NCBI RefSeq assembly: GCF_902459465.1
Contig: NC_047062.1
Coordinates: 248,001-312,000, forward strand
Reading direction: 5' to 3'
Source: Asterias rubens
Taxonomy: Eukaryota
DNA: 64,000 nt
Part shown: positions 13,201-26,000 of the stretch, piece by piece
How positions within the stretch are numbered: position 1 is the stretch's first letter
How the letters are laid out: each line of letters starts with the position of its first letter
Translations under genes and position numbers: made by a program
Notes under the pieces: generated by a model
What the model was told of the DNA's origin: nothing
Seen by the model: the letters and a program-made list of their open reading frames with translations, nothing else
Database searches by the model: none

Positions 13201-15438
13201 GTCGATTCATTGACTATTATTATATTATATTATTTTTAGATTTACCCAAAAGCCACCTCATTTGTTTCCATCACACTTAAGTTACAATACGATGTACGTG
13301 TTTTGGGAACCCGAAATCCCAATAATGTTTGATACGAGGGGTACGAAATTTGCATGCGAGTGTTATAACACTAGCGAAATTCAACACCAAATCATATTGC
13401 AATCTGTGATTATTATTTGACTTGGGAATATTTAATCCTCGCTATGTTTGGTATGAATCTAAAGCCAATGTGTACTGATCTTAGTGAATGGGTGGTTTAA
13501 AAAAAACACGCGTGTTTAGTACCAAATTGATGTTGATTTTTAGAAAAATTAAACTATTAATAATATTTGTATTATCTTCAGTATTTCTGAACATGGTTCT
13601 ATTGCTACAAGCAGACCGAATACTTTTTTTGTTTTAACCATTGTATAAATCTGTAGTCATATGTGCAATACGGGTTACTCTATGTTAGCCTTCATCTATA
13701 AACAATATATCAAGCAGTAAGTTTAGCCTCAGAACTAGATACGAACGTCCAGTATTATGTATACAGTAATTCAACACAATTTAGCCATACTTATAGTGTG
13801 AATTATTTGTAGTTTTTGATATGTTTCTCTGCGGTAACAAGTGGTCTCCTGAATATGCCATTGTGTAAGTTGTATGAAATTAATTGTCAAAGTTATTGCA
13901 TTTGTTTAGTGCCAATTCCTCTAATCCCAGTTTGTGCCGTAGGGTTGCATAACTCATTAATTTGAAATCATTTATTTGTTTGTTTCGTAAAACAGTGAGT
14001 ATTGTTAAGATCATACACATTAATTGTAATGTTTACACTTATATCATCACCTGTCAACAACTGCATGTAGCAAAAAAATTCAGCATTGTATTATTGACAA
14101 TGTAAGTGTGTTGCCATGGTAGTAATCAGCATGATAACTCACGTGGTTGTGATTGTTTTCTTAATTTGTAACATCAATTATTCAGTAAGTTCTAAGTTCA
14201 TATTTTTACTGCTAGCGTTTTAGGCCTATGCAATAATGAAAAATGAATGAAAAGTAAAGTCGCACCTTCAAAACACAGTGTTTAAAATTTGTTAATATCC
14301 AGGGGGGGGGGGGTGTAACCCACCAAGTTATATTAACTTAATTGAAAATTAAATGTTTTGTCGTGAATCATAAAACAAAGTAAGGTAGCATTTGTTAGTG
14401 TATGGGCTTTGATTCAATAATATCATCCTAAGTTTGTATGGATATTTGTTGCAGGTACTTTCTCATGTACACTCTTCCAAGTACAACATTCTGTTACTTA
14501 CAATGCTACGGCAAAATGCACCGGCAGACTGTTTGTGGTTGTTGGTGCAGTAAAGAATACTAATCGAACTCTGTTGAAGTTTTATTCTGAATTTTGTTTT
14601 ATAAACGTATGTAATGATCGTCTTTCAGTTTCAGCTTGGATATTTCCATGATAGTTTATAGATAATGTGTGTATCTTAATCTCAAACAGTCCTCTTATAA
14701 CTGTACATAATTTGTCAATAGTCAGTACTGCACTGGCAAGCTAGCAATAAATGTCACCAAGAAACACCAAAATGCAAGTTTTTATCTCTTACTTTATTAG
14801 TGACACGTTGTTAAGCATTTTGGAAAATTATGGCACATCGAGACCATACACCACACTGGGAACTACCTAGCCTGGGAACCTCTCCTCACTAACCACTGAA
14901 GGCTGATTGATCAACCAAAAGTGACTGCTCTGCTTGTGTAGTATCTATCTTGCGCTTATGCCGTATCCGAAGTTGCGGCTACGGCTAAAGTTGCGCGTCA
15001 TCATGCGTTGAGGTATAGGACGTCCTAAGCAACAGCCGTTGCGGCCGTAGCCGCCAGAACTAGTTCATACGTATAATCAAAGTACGTATTCTGGTGACAT
15101 TTTGTTGACGCAATACACTTCCAATGCACGAGTCGCGTGTTTACAGTTTAGTCCAAATTTCCACAGTCTTATTTTATGCTTATGATGGGATACACCACTG
15201 GTCTTTGAAAATTACCAATAGTGTACAGTGTTTAAACGCATGTTTGACCCATGACCTTTGACCCAGTTGTTTGGAAAGGGTCATTCGAGTATATAAATAA
15301 TGTTTTTTGGATTCTCAAGGTCAGGTTTCTATTCACATTTTTTTTCATAAAATGAATAAATTGAGAGATATTCACCTTAAAGTTTGATGATTACCGCCTA
15401 ATTTAAATATGCAAATTAGGTCACTTCTGGGTTGAAAC

Positions 15439-16520
15439 CAATGATCTCCATTATACTGACTGGATAGGACATTGCGCTATGCTGCGTGCATAAACAATGT
15501 CGGTCGAACAATGGCGGCGCAATTCCTTCAAACGGGTAAACTAATGTGCACTTGGTCGGGTTTGAGTCTGTCAGTTGAAGTTGTAAATTGAGAATAGAAA
15601 TTAGGGGAAACATGACGATCGATAGTTTGATAAAAGTATGAAAAGGTTTCTGATTGATAAAGATGCAAATAAAGCAAACTAATAATACTTTACATTTTTG
15701 TCTATCAAATGCCCTATTAATAATTTAATATTTTGATAATGACATTATTTTTGAACAAAAACTCGGACGAGAAACTGTATTGGGATTCAGGTACATGTTT
15801 TTTTAAATTCTTTCAGTTCATTGAGAAACTGACAAAAACCATATAAACTTACCGACAAAACAGGAGTCGCTCCTATAATTTAACATTCGAGTAGTTCTAT
15901 GCAAACTAAGACTAGAGTGAGAACTACATACTCGCTAAAATCGAGGGGAAAAGACAAGAAAGATAAAAACAAAATACATAGTGATAATTGAGAGTTGCCT
16001 CCATTATCGAATTTTAAACTTTTCATTGAAAAACAATCCCAACAGCAAAACTTCCATAACCTTTTTACTGTTTCGCTAGTCTTGGCCCAAGAGTATGGCG
16101 CTTGATTCTGGATAGTGTACTACGCGCGGTTGAATCGCCAAAGCGCGTCTCCACGGGATGATTTAGTTAATTGGACGGCTTGAAATCTAGACTACACTGG
16201 CAAGCTACCAGTGTAGTCTAGATTTCAAGCCTACCAGTGTAGTCTAGATTTCAAGCCTACCAATTAACTAAATCATACCGTGGCGGGCGCGCTTTGGCGA
16301 TTCAACCGCGCGTAGTACACTATCCAGAATCAAGCACCATAGTCTTGGGCCAAGACTACTGTTTCGCCAGAAATAAATACTTTTATTTCGGTCACAAATA
16401 ACGAAGCCGGCTATTTCTGAGACGACTGATCCTCTCAACGAACTTCTAATGTTTGTACCGTCTTAAATGCTACATAATTCGTATACTTGTCGCTCTCCCG
16501 AACTGTCAGTATAATGGAGA
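15439..16520. mobile_element. Degenerate copy of the non-autonomous TIR element at 32202-33387, in the opposite orientation, internally deleted and interrupted by a MITE
   Basis: It starts with the TIR CAATGATCTCCATTATACTGACTGGATAG. 15439-16076 and 16359-16450 are the reverse complement of about 32745-33387. The other end is only a partial TIR (GTCAGTATAATGGAGA, ~16505-16520). Confidence 0.8.
16077..16358. mobile_element. 282-bp foldback MITE with 9-bp TSD (Mutator/Foldback-like)
   Basis: The arms TAGTCTTGGCCCAAGA... and ...TCTTGGGCCAAGACTA are complementary over most of the length. CTGTTTCGC is duplicated at 16068-16076 and 16359-16367. Confidence 0.88.
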
Positions 16521-17046
16521 CCTTTCGCAAATACCGGGGCGCGCGCGTAAAGCTTGGAATTAGGTGCATTGTGGTCTTGCTGGTATCCAAATTTGATCCA
16601 TATCTATCCCACAATGCACCTCATTCAACAGTCTGCGCTTGCGCATTTGTATTTGCGATAAGGTCTATTCTTGTCCCATTTTGAAAATGTGCAAGAAGTT
16701 TTGCGGCGGTGCGTTCCGCGTCTGTGGCTAGAATGGTGCGGACAACACGGGAGACAGGCCTTTGACGACGCGCTAAATGTCACGTGCTGACGGCAACGCA
16801 CAGAAAATGTACACGGGAGATAGGCAATGGCGGTCCCCATGCTAGAACCCGCGTATGTACGCGCGGCCCGCACTTTGTTGTGCACAATTTCTACACACAC
16901 GCGCGGAACATACTTTTGTTACAAGTTAGATATGTTGTTGTTGTCATGCACGACACACAAACGAGTTTTTATTTTTATTTTGAAAACGTTGTAATTCCAC
17001 TCAACAGCACTGCATTTAAAGAGAAGTATTGTCCGTACTGCTAAAG

Positions 17047-20000
17047 ATGACAGGTAAATCGATATTTTATCCAACATTTTGACATTATTATGAGTTTTGA
17101 AGTCGTTCGATTCAACGGTTTATTAGGGCTATGGCTACAGTAGCCTATGGATTTTTAGGCCTGTGGTAATGTATGAATGAAATCAAAATCGAGATGTTGT
17201 TATCGTTTCTCTACTCCAACCAATATTACATGTATTTTTGTCGCTATCTTTCATAGATGTATAGATCTAATTATGTAGTATTTTATTCATGTGATTTCCT
17301 GCTCTCAATAATTGTTGTAAGCGTATTAGTTTTCTAATTTAGTAAAGCGTATTTAAAATGTCCTATTATTATTATTATTATTATCATTATTATTTCATTT
17401 TATCACAGCATGCAAAAGAAAGATCTCATTTTCCTTTGTGCCGGTAACTCCTCGAGCCGGGCTACGTCCCGTAGCCTTAGATCTCAAGGGTCTTTCTCAG
17501 GATCCTCGCTGTTCCCAAAAGCGCTGCCTTCTGTAATAGATCTACCCTCACATTTGTCCCTATTTCATCTAGATGTTTCCCCAGTGCTTTGGGAATGGTG
17601 CCAAGTGCTCCAACCACCACGGGGACTACTTTTACCTCTACCTGTCAAATCTTACGAAGTTCCCTGGCCAGGTCCTGGTACTTCTCGATCTTTTCCATCT
17701 CCTTCGAAGCTACCCTTATATCACCTGGCACCGCTATGTCAATGAGATGACACATCTTCTTCGTCTTATCTAATAGCACAACATCCGGACGCCTATGTTG
17801 TATAACATGATCGGTCTGAATGTTAAAGTCCCATAGGATCTTGACCTGGTCGTTCTCTACAACTTTCTCCGGAACATGGTCGTACCATTTCGCAAGTACT
17901 TTGACACCATACTTCTTACACAGATCCCAGTGAATCACCTTGGCCAGCTTGTCATGTCTTCCTTTGTACTCCGTCTGGGCCATCTTACTGCATTCGCTAA
18001 CAATATGAAATACAGTCTNNNNNNNNNNNNNNNNNNNNNNNNNNNNNNNNNNNNNNNNNNNNNNNNNNNNNNNNNNNNNNNNNNNNNNNNNNNNNNNNNN
18101 NNNNNNNNNNNNNNNNNNNNNNNNNNNNNNNNNNNNNNNNNNNNNNNNNNNNNNNNNNNNNNNNNNNNNNNNNNNNNNNNNNNNNNNNNNNNNNNNNNNN
18201 NNNNNNNNNNNNNNNNNNNNNNNNNNNNNNNNNNNNNNNNNNNNNNNNNNNNNNNNNNNNNNNNNNNNNNNNNNNNNNNNNNNNNNNNNNNNNNNNNNNN
18301 NNNNNNNNNNNNNNNNNNNNNNNNNNNNNNNNNNNNNNNNNNNNNNNNNNNNNNNNNNNNNNNNNNNNNNNNNNNNNNNNNNNNNNNNNNNNNNNNNNNN
18401 NNNNNNNNNNNNNNNNNNNNNNNNNNNNNNNNNNNNNNNNNNNNNNNNNNNNNNNNNNNNNNNNNNNNNNNNNNNNNNNNNNNNNNNNNNNNNNNNNNNN
18501 NNNNNNNNNNNNNNNNNNNNNNNNNNNNNNNNNNNNNNNNNNNNNNNNNNNNNNNNNNNNNNNNNNNNNNNNNNNNNNNNNNNNNNNNNNNNNNNNNNNN
18601 NNNNNNNNNNNNNNNNNNNNNNNNNNNNNNNNNNNNNNNNNNNNNNNNNNNNNNNNNNNNNNNNNNNNNNNNNNNNNNNNNNNNNNNNNNNNNNNNNNNN
18701 NNNNNNNNNNNNNNNNNNNNNNNNNNNNNNNNNNNNNNNNNNNNNNNNNNNNNNNNNNNNNNNNNNNNNNNNNNNNNNNNNNNNNNNCAACCCCTTGTTG
18801 ATTTTCCAGCCAATCAGCTAGCTACGCACGTCCCTGATCTGGTTATGGGGGCTAACCAGCTCAAATCCCTTCCTCGAAGCCAAAAGTTTGACGGTGTGCT
18901 CATGTTTGCAGACATTTCAGGTTAGTCAGAATCAGATAGCCATTCATTAAGCTTCTTCCGCATTTGCTTTATTTGTTCATTGAATATCAAATTCTGTTTT
19001 TAAAAGACTCTGGGCACTATTGGTAATTTTCAACGACCAGTCTTCTTAATTGGTGTATCTCAACATTTGCATAAAATAACAGACCTGTGAAAATTTGAGC
19101 TCAATCGGTCGTCAAAGTTGCGAGATAATGATGAAAGAAAAAACACCCTTGTCACACGAAGTTATGTGCTTTCAGATGCTTGATTTCGAGACCTCAAAAT
19201 TTAATTCCGAGGTCTCAAAATCAAATTCGCGGAAAATTACTTCTTTCTCCAAAACTACGTTACTTTAGAGGGAGCCATTTCTCACAATGTTTTATATTAC
19301 GAGTAATTACCAACAGAGTCCACTGCCTTTTAAAAACACTGGACACCCATGGTAAATTGTCAAAGATCAGTCTCCTCACTTGGTGTATATGTATCTCAAC
19401 ATGTTATGTACAAAATAACAAATAAGTTTTTATGCTAACAATTATTTTGAGCAATTACCAATAGTATCCAGTTCCTTTAGAACAAAGTACTACAGTTCTT
19501 GATAATTTTCTTTTATGAGATTGAATTCATTTGATGATTTTGGCGTATCGTACATACATTACTGAAAATGACAATTGTAGGCCTGTGTTAGCTTTGCGAT
19601 ATTGAAGTATCTTGTTTATATTCAAAACATTTGTAATATTTGATGTTGCAACATGTCTTTAATCCAGGATTCACTGCGCTGACTGAAAGATACAGCATGA
19701 GCTCTCGCAACAGCAGCAGTGGTGCAGAAAAACTATCTGCTGCCCTCAATAGTTACATTGGAGAAATCGTGGAGAACATCATAGGATCTGAAGGAGATAT
19801 TCTGAAATTTGCAGGTTGGGAGAAACATTCTGGATGAGTTATCTTTGAGGCCATAATGCAGTACTCGTTGCATATTGGTTCAGAACAAAAACATTATTAT
19901 CTTTCTCAAAATGCTTAGTTATTATTGTTGTCGGATGTTCATTTTCACAATGACAAACTATAGCTATTTCTACCTCCATGGACAAACAAAATGTTACCGT

Positions 20001-23000
20001 ACACAGTGGGCCTAATTGTGCGTGCGTCTTAAACTGAGGGAGTGTTTGTATGAAGACTTTTACTTCATTTTAGTCACAACTGTCACATTTCTTGAGGTTT
20101 TTGAAGGGATCAAATAGGCCTACCGGATACCAATTATTCAGGCAAATCAACAAATACCACACACACTTGATACACCACCCAGGCAACAAATAAAAGCAAA
20201 GCTAAGGGCACATAGTCCTGGGGATGTAGTCCCGAATAAACCACTTGCAAATTTTTGCATCATTCTTTGGATTAGTAAGCTGTGGAACAGATAATCAAAC
20301 ATGATACATTTCAACCATGATACAGTTTTAAGTGTCAACATTAATTACTCCTTTTTTGAAGCGTTTCAATTGTACACAAGTTAATGGTGTAACTATTTGA
20401 AGGTAATCCCGAACTATATTATGTTTGCAGACAAAAAAATACATCTCCGCCGAGATTCGAACCCAGAACCTTTGAATAAGAAGTCCAACGCGCGGATCCA
20501 TTGCGCCACAGTGACGACGTTGTGTAACGTCAAGGGCAGTTCATTTCAATACAACATTTATTTCCAATTCCTTAATCAATATAAATACAATGTTAGCAAA
20601 GTGATACAAACATTTAAAGGGAAGGTACACGTTTGGTAATTACTCAAAACAAATATTAACTTAAAAACTGACTTGGTACCTAGCATTGGAGAGCTGTTGA
20701 TAATATAAAACATTGTAGTAAACGACTCCCTCTGAAGTAACGTAATTTTTGAGAAAGAGGTGATTTCTCACTAAAATAATAAAAGACTTCTAGATAGAAG
20801 TATTTTATTCCTATCTGAAAGCACACAAATTCGTCCAACAAGGGTGTTTTTTCTTTCATCATTTTCTCCCAACTCCGATGACCAATTGAGTTCAAATTTT
20901 CACATGTTTGTTATTTTATTAATAGATACATTAAGTGGGAACACTGGTCTTTGACAATTACCAACAGTGTACCTTCCCTTTAAGGAAATTGGGGGCACAG
21001 CCATGTAAGCGCAACTTGTGTAAGGGAGTGCCAATACAAAAAATACAAACAACACAAACACAAAAGAGTTAATACAGACAGAGCAGACAAAGCACAAAGC
21101 ACATGGCCAGCGAAGACTGTGACAACAAAGACACACAGCATTCCAGTGGTTACGTCCTACACTCAAGTAAGAATGACAATGAAATCAAGATAACAGGGCG
21201 AAAAACAGGAAGTCAAGTTTGAAGAAGGTATGACTTCAGATTACGTTGAAAACTGAATAGATTCTGACTATTCGTTAAACTTACAGGTAATTCATTCCAA
21301 TGGAGAGGTCTATGGTAACTGCATTATTGATTAATAGAAGGTACAGTAACAATTATTAGGTCGTATAGATACAGATGAGGAGCTGTATTTTGAGCCTTCC
21401 GTTTATGTTTTTATACAGGTGACGCATTTCTTGCACTTTGGAAGTTGCAGCGGGATAGCCTGGATTACACACTAATGAGAGTTATCAAGTGTGGTCTCCG
21501 TATTCAGGAAAGATGTGATAACAGAGAAACTGAAGTGGGTGTCAAGCTACGCGTCAAATTAGGTACATAGTTACCAATATTAACATGGCGGCGGACAACA
21601 AGTCTTATTATACACAATTCAATGCCCTTTTGGATTGATTTTTCTATGCAGTTTTTTATTTTTACGACCCCTAGTTATTATCATTTCATATATACCCCCC
21701 CCCCCCCCCCAACGTGTTTTTTTCTTTTTTTGAATGCTCGTTGGCCGGCTACGAGTGGGTAAGAAAAGGCTTGACCACCCTTGTGCATGATGCATGGTTC
21801 TCAGTTGGTGCCCAACATTCGGCGCTCGGCAGTGTACCGTACCCCCCCCCCCCCCCACCCCGTGTCTTTATTGTGTACATTAAATCTTCTGAATGCTGTA
21901 TTATAGAGGAATTCAGTTGTAGGTATATGCCTCGTTACTTTGCTTGGTGGACCGATCATATCACTTTGGTTGGTGAGTGAACTGAACATCGTTTTGTTTA
22001 TTAGGTGTTTCCATTGGTCCTGTTCGTGTAACCACTGTGGGCAATGAGGAGTCTCGGCACTACGTTCTCAGTGGGCAGGCTGTCGATGATGCCAATAAAG
22101 CTGAGAAGTTTGCTACTTCTGGATCCCTCGTCCTATCCCCCAAGACCTGGGCTTATACCCCTGAACATCAGCTCTTTGAGTACCGCATGCTGGAGGATCG
22201 AAGACATGTATCAGTAAGTTTCTTATAAAGTATATACTCATCACTTAAACTTTGCTACTTGATTCCAAGAAATGGTTAAACCCACAGATGTTCTTAAATG
22301 TCCTCTGTGGTCATTGTTGAGGATTACGAATCGGACTTTTGGGTCTCAGATCTATCAACCTTGTTGTTAATTTGGTTCAATCTCGTTTACAAGCTTGAGT
22401 CTAGAATTTTCTCAAATGTACATTGTTTTGAAGTATTCGTTATTTTGTTGTGAAGGTGCTTTCAATTATCGCCCAACCCATTGAGACGGTAGGTGCTAAT
22501 GTTGACCCAAGCTATGGTAACCAGTACAGTAGAAACCACAAAGACAGTGGTGGCAACCTCACAGGTAAGATATAGGTTAATAGTCGGGAACAGTATTATC
22601 TTGTTTATCTGATCTACCGAATACAACACTCAGCCATTTTGAAGTGATTTTTGTTTCTTCTACTTTTTCTCTTTTTAGGTTTTTTTGTTTTTTAATTTAT
22701 TTATTTATTTATTTTCAGGGGGAGGGGGGGGGGCACGTTACTCTGATTTTCAAGAGGAACATATTTAAAATAATTTTAAATTAATAACAACGCTGATAAC
22801 TTAAAACTCTGAGGACGACCTTAGAGTATAGACATAAACACAGAACAATCTGCCTTTTCTAACAATAAGACTTTGACATACTATATAAATAAGGAGGCAA
22901 AGTGGCATACTAAATATGATCAATATTGCAACAAGTGACTTTCTTTTCATTATAGCTGGACAAAGTGTGACTGTCATTCGACTGTCATGTTCCGCTCCAG

Positions 23001-26000
23001 CATCTACTGATGAGCACCATGCTGACGCAGTGGGAAGAGGTAAAGTCATTTTTCGTTTACATCTCTTTCAACGTTTGCATTTTTGAAAACTTCCCTCTGC
23101 ATATGATTTCGAATACATAAATTTACTATGAATATCTGACGATTAAAGCTCTACGTTTTACTACACAGAACGAAGTTGGGCTTTTCGGTCCAGTACCGAC
23201 GATGAGAAAGCAAGATTAAGATTATACATCATTAAACCGGTGCTGCAAAAGGTAGATAAAACTGCATGGTTCTTAAACAGAAAAATCAAATTTAAAGCTT
23301 GAGATATTCAAAAATTAGGGTGAGGCACGCCGCCAAAATGTAGTTTTTATTGTTTGAATGACACACAGGAGTACCCGGCGTATGCGTCACCTGACTTATA
23401 TGCGGGTAACTCAAAATTAATGAATCGTGTCGTGATTCGTTCATTTGAGTGCATTGATGCATGTCAGTATAAAAGCAGCGTCCTTAGCAACAGAATCCAA
23501 TTCAGGCCGCTGCTTACTCTGCTGTAGTGTTAGTGTCGCATTTCGGCAACAGCGTATTTTATATACGATATTAAGTTCGCAATGTCAACTGATAAAGATC
23601 AACCCGCGTTCAAGAGAAACGATGTGATAAACTCAAAGAATACTTCAATCATAAATTGGAAAGCATTCAAACTTCCAGCAAAGACACAGCTGATCAAGTT
23701 AACATTAAGGAGCTCACAAATTAATTGGAGGCAAAAGTAGTGACAAGACCCGTGATGTGAACTCAGCACAATTCGAAATCATGCGGACAAGTCGGAATCA
23801 CCCACGATAAAATCAAGGCTGCCTTCGAGAAGAGCAACATTCCAGAAGCCATTGAGGCACGTAAAGGAGCCGAAGGCATCATTGCAGAAAGAAGGAGAAC
23901 AATCAAAATTGCAGACTGTAGCAATTGGCTAGCTGGGCCGATGTACGAGAGCTAGACAAGACGGGGAATAATAGAACGCCAGAAGAGGCCAAAAGAATAA
24001 TAGTAGATGAGGAAGCCGCATTAAAAGCATCGATAGAAGAAGAAAGAAGTTTAACCAATCTCAAGATAACCCCGAGTATGGCAATGGCACTGCTGCTGAT
24101 TGGTATCTTTTTCGAGGTAAAAGAAGGGACATAACACCCACCTTTTGATCTTTGTAAATTCATATGCAGTTTAACAACGGTCCACTCCCATGATTTAATA
24201 AATTCTGAAACTAAATAATGTTTTCAAGGTGTGTTTATTGTGTGTCCTACAATAAAGTATGAGCGCAGCGAAGGAGCATGAAAATGTAGTTTTTATTGTT
24301 TGAATGACACACAGGAGTACCCGGCGTATGCGTCACATGACTTATATGCGGGTAACTCAAAATGAATGAATCGTGTCGTGATTCGTTCATTTGAGTGCAT
24401 TGATGCATGTCAGTATAAAAGCAGTGTCCTTAGCAACAGAATCCAATTCAGGCCGCTGCTTACTCTGCTGTAGTGTTAGTGTCGCATTTCGGGAACAGCG
24501 TATTTTATATACGATATTAAGTTCCACATTATGGAACATATTATGTTTTCCTTTTTCTTCTGTTGGTTTTTTCAATTCTTTGTTGACAGGCATGCCGGAC
24601 GCTGACGTCTGCTACAACTGCAGAATGCAAGGACACTGGTCCAGAGAGTGACCACTCCATATCGATTAGACCAAGACCTAGAGCCAGAGCTACCCACTCA
24701 CTCGGCTACACCACAGCAGCCCTAAGTCAGCATTAAAGAGGCAAACATGTTTGACAAGTTTGTATATGTATTTAGAGGTACGATGTGACTATTAATCATG
24801 TAAAATAACGTTCTTGAAATCTGACAAATTTATGGTCAAAGAAAGACACGCACAATTTTGGTACTAATTTTGTTCATCTCAATTGATCATGTCTGTGTTA
24901 TAAATGGTTATAATATCTCGTTTATGCCGCCCCTTGGTCCTTCCGAATTAATCAGCGTTAAATGAGAAAGTTTTCGAAATAGTTTTTATCATGGAATTGT
25001 TTAATCTCAAACAATCGTAGAGAAAACAGAGCCCTCTTTCATTGCGGGTCCCTTATCAGTAGCTTATCAATCAACTGATAAGAAACGATTGATTCTAGAT
25101 TTAAGCAGACTGAACAAATTCGTTCAGAAACTTCAAAATTGGAAAATAAGGTTGCTATTTCTTTCGCAAGTTTCTCTAATGTTCTAGCCTATTAGTCGTA
25201 ATATATTTCGACTAAAGTCTGGGTACCCTATTATATCGAAATTTCACCAACAGAAATCTTGATACCTGCATGCTGTTCTTGATCATATGATCTATGTTAA
25301 TGTGTAAAAGCTGGCATTTTTATTTCCTTGGTGGCCATCCTCTGTTTTTGGCCGATTTTGTGATCTAGTTACTTAACTGGGATTTAGGAATGTAGTATAT
25401 GAAAGGCCCGAAGGCATTTAAGAGGCAAACTTGTTTGACAAGTTTGTAGATTTATTTGAGGTACGATGTTATTATTAATCATGTAAGATAACGGTCTTGA
25501 AATCTGATAAATTTATGGTCAAAGAAAGACATGCACAAATTTGGTACTAATTTTGTTCATCTCTATAGATCATGTCTGTGATTCTGACTGGTTATATCTC
25601 GTTTTGGAAATGCCGCCCCTTGGTACTTCCGAATTAACACCAATAGTTTTTATCATGGAATTGGTTTCATCTCAAATAATCGTAGAGAAAACAGAGCCCT
25701 CTTTTATTGTGGGTCCCTTATCAGTAGCTTATCAAGCAATTGGTAAGAAACGATTGATTATAGAATTAAGCAGACTGAACAAATTCGTTCAGAAAGTTCA
25801 AACTAGATGATTGTAAAATAAGGTTGCAATTTCTTTCACAAGATTCTCTATAATTCGACTAAGTTTGGTTACCACCATATCGAAATTTCATCTAATGATG
25901 CAAAGTAACTTCATGGTTGTACCACCAGTAGTCTTATGCTGTTCTCGATCATATGATACATAAGAATGCGTAAAAGCTGACATTTTTATTTCCTTGGTGG

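Noticed and set aside
17645-18925. ORF-track entries of 292-381 aa
   Set aside because: They span the N gap and artificially join a retrotransposon remnant, or antisense sequence, to an ADCY10 exon.
21935-21975. Possible extra exon ending at TG|GTGAGT before exon 5
   Set aside because: Exons 4 and 5 already join seamlessly within conserved C1 sequence (VKLG|VSIG), and the translation has no sAC similarity.
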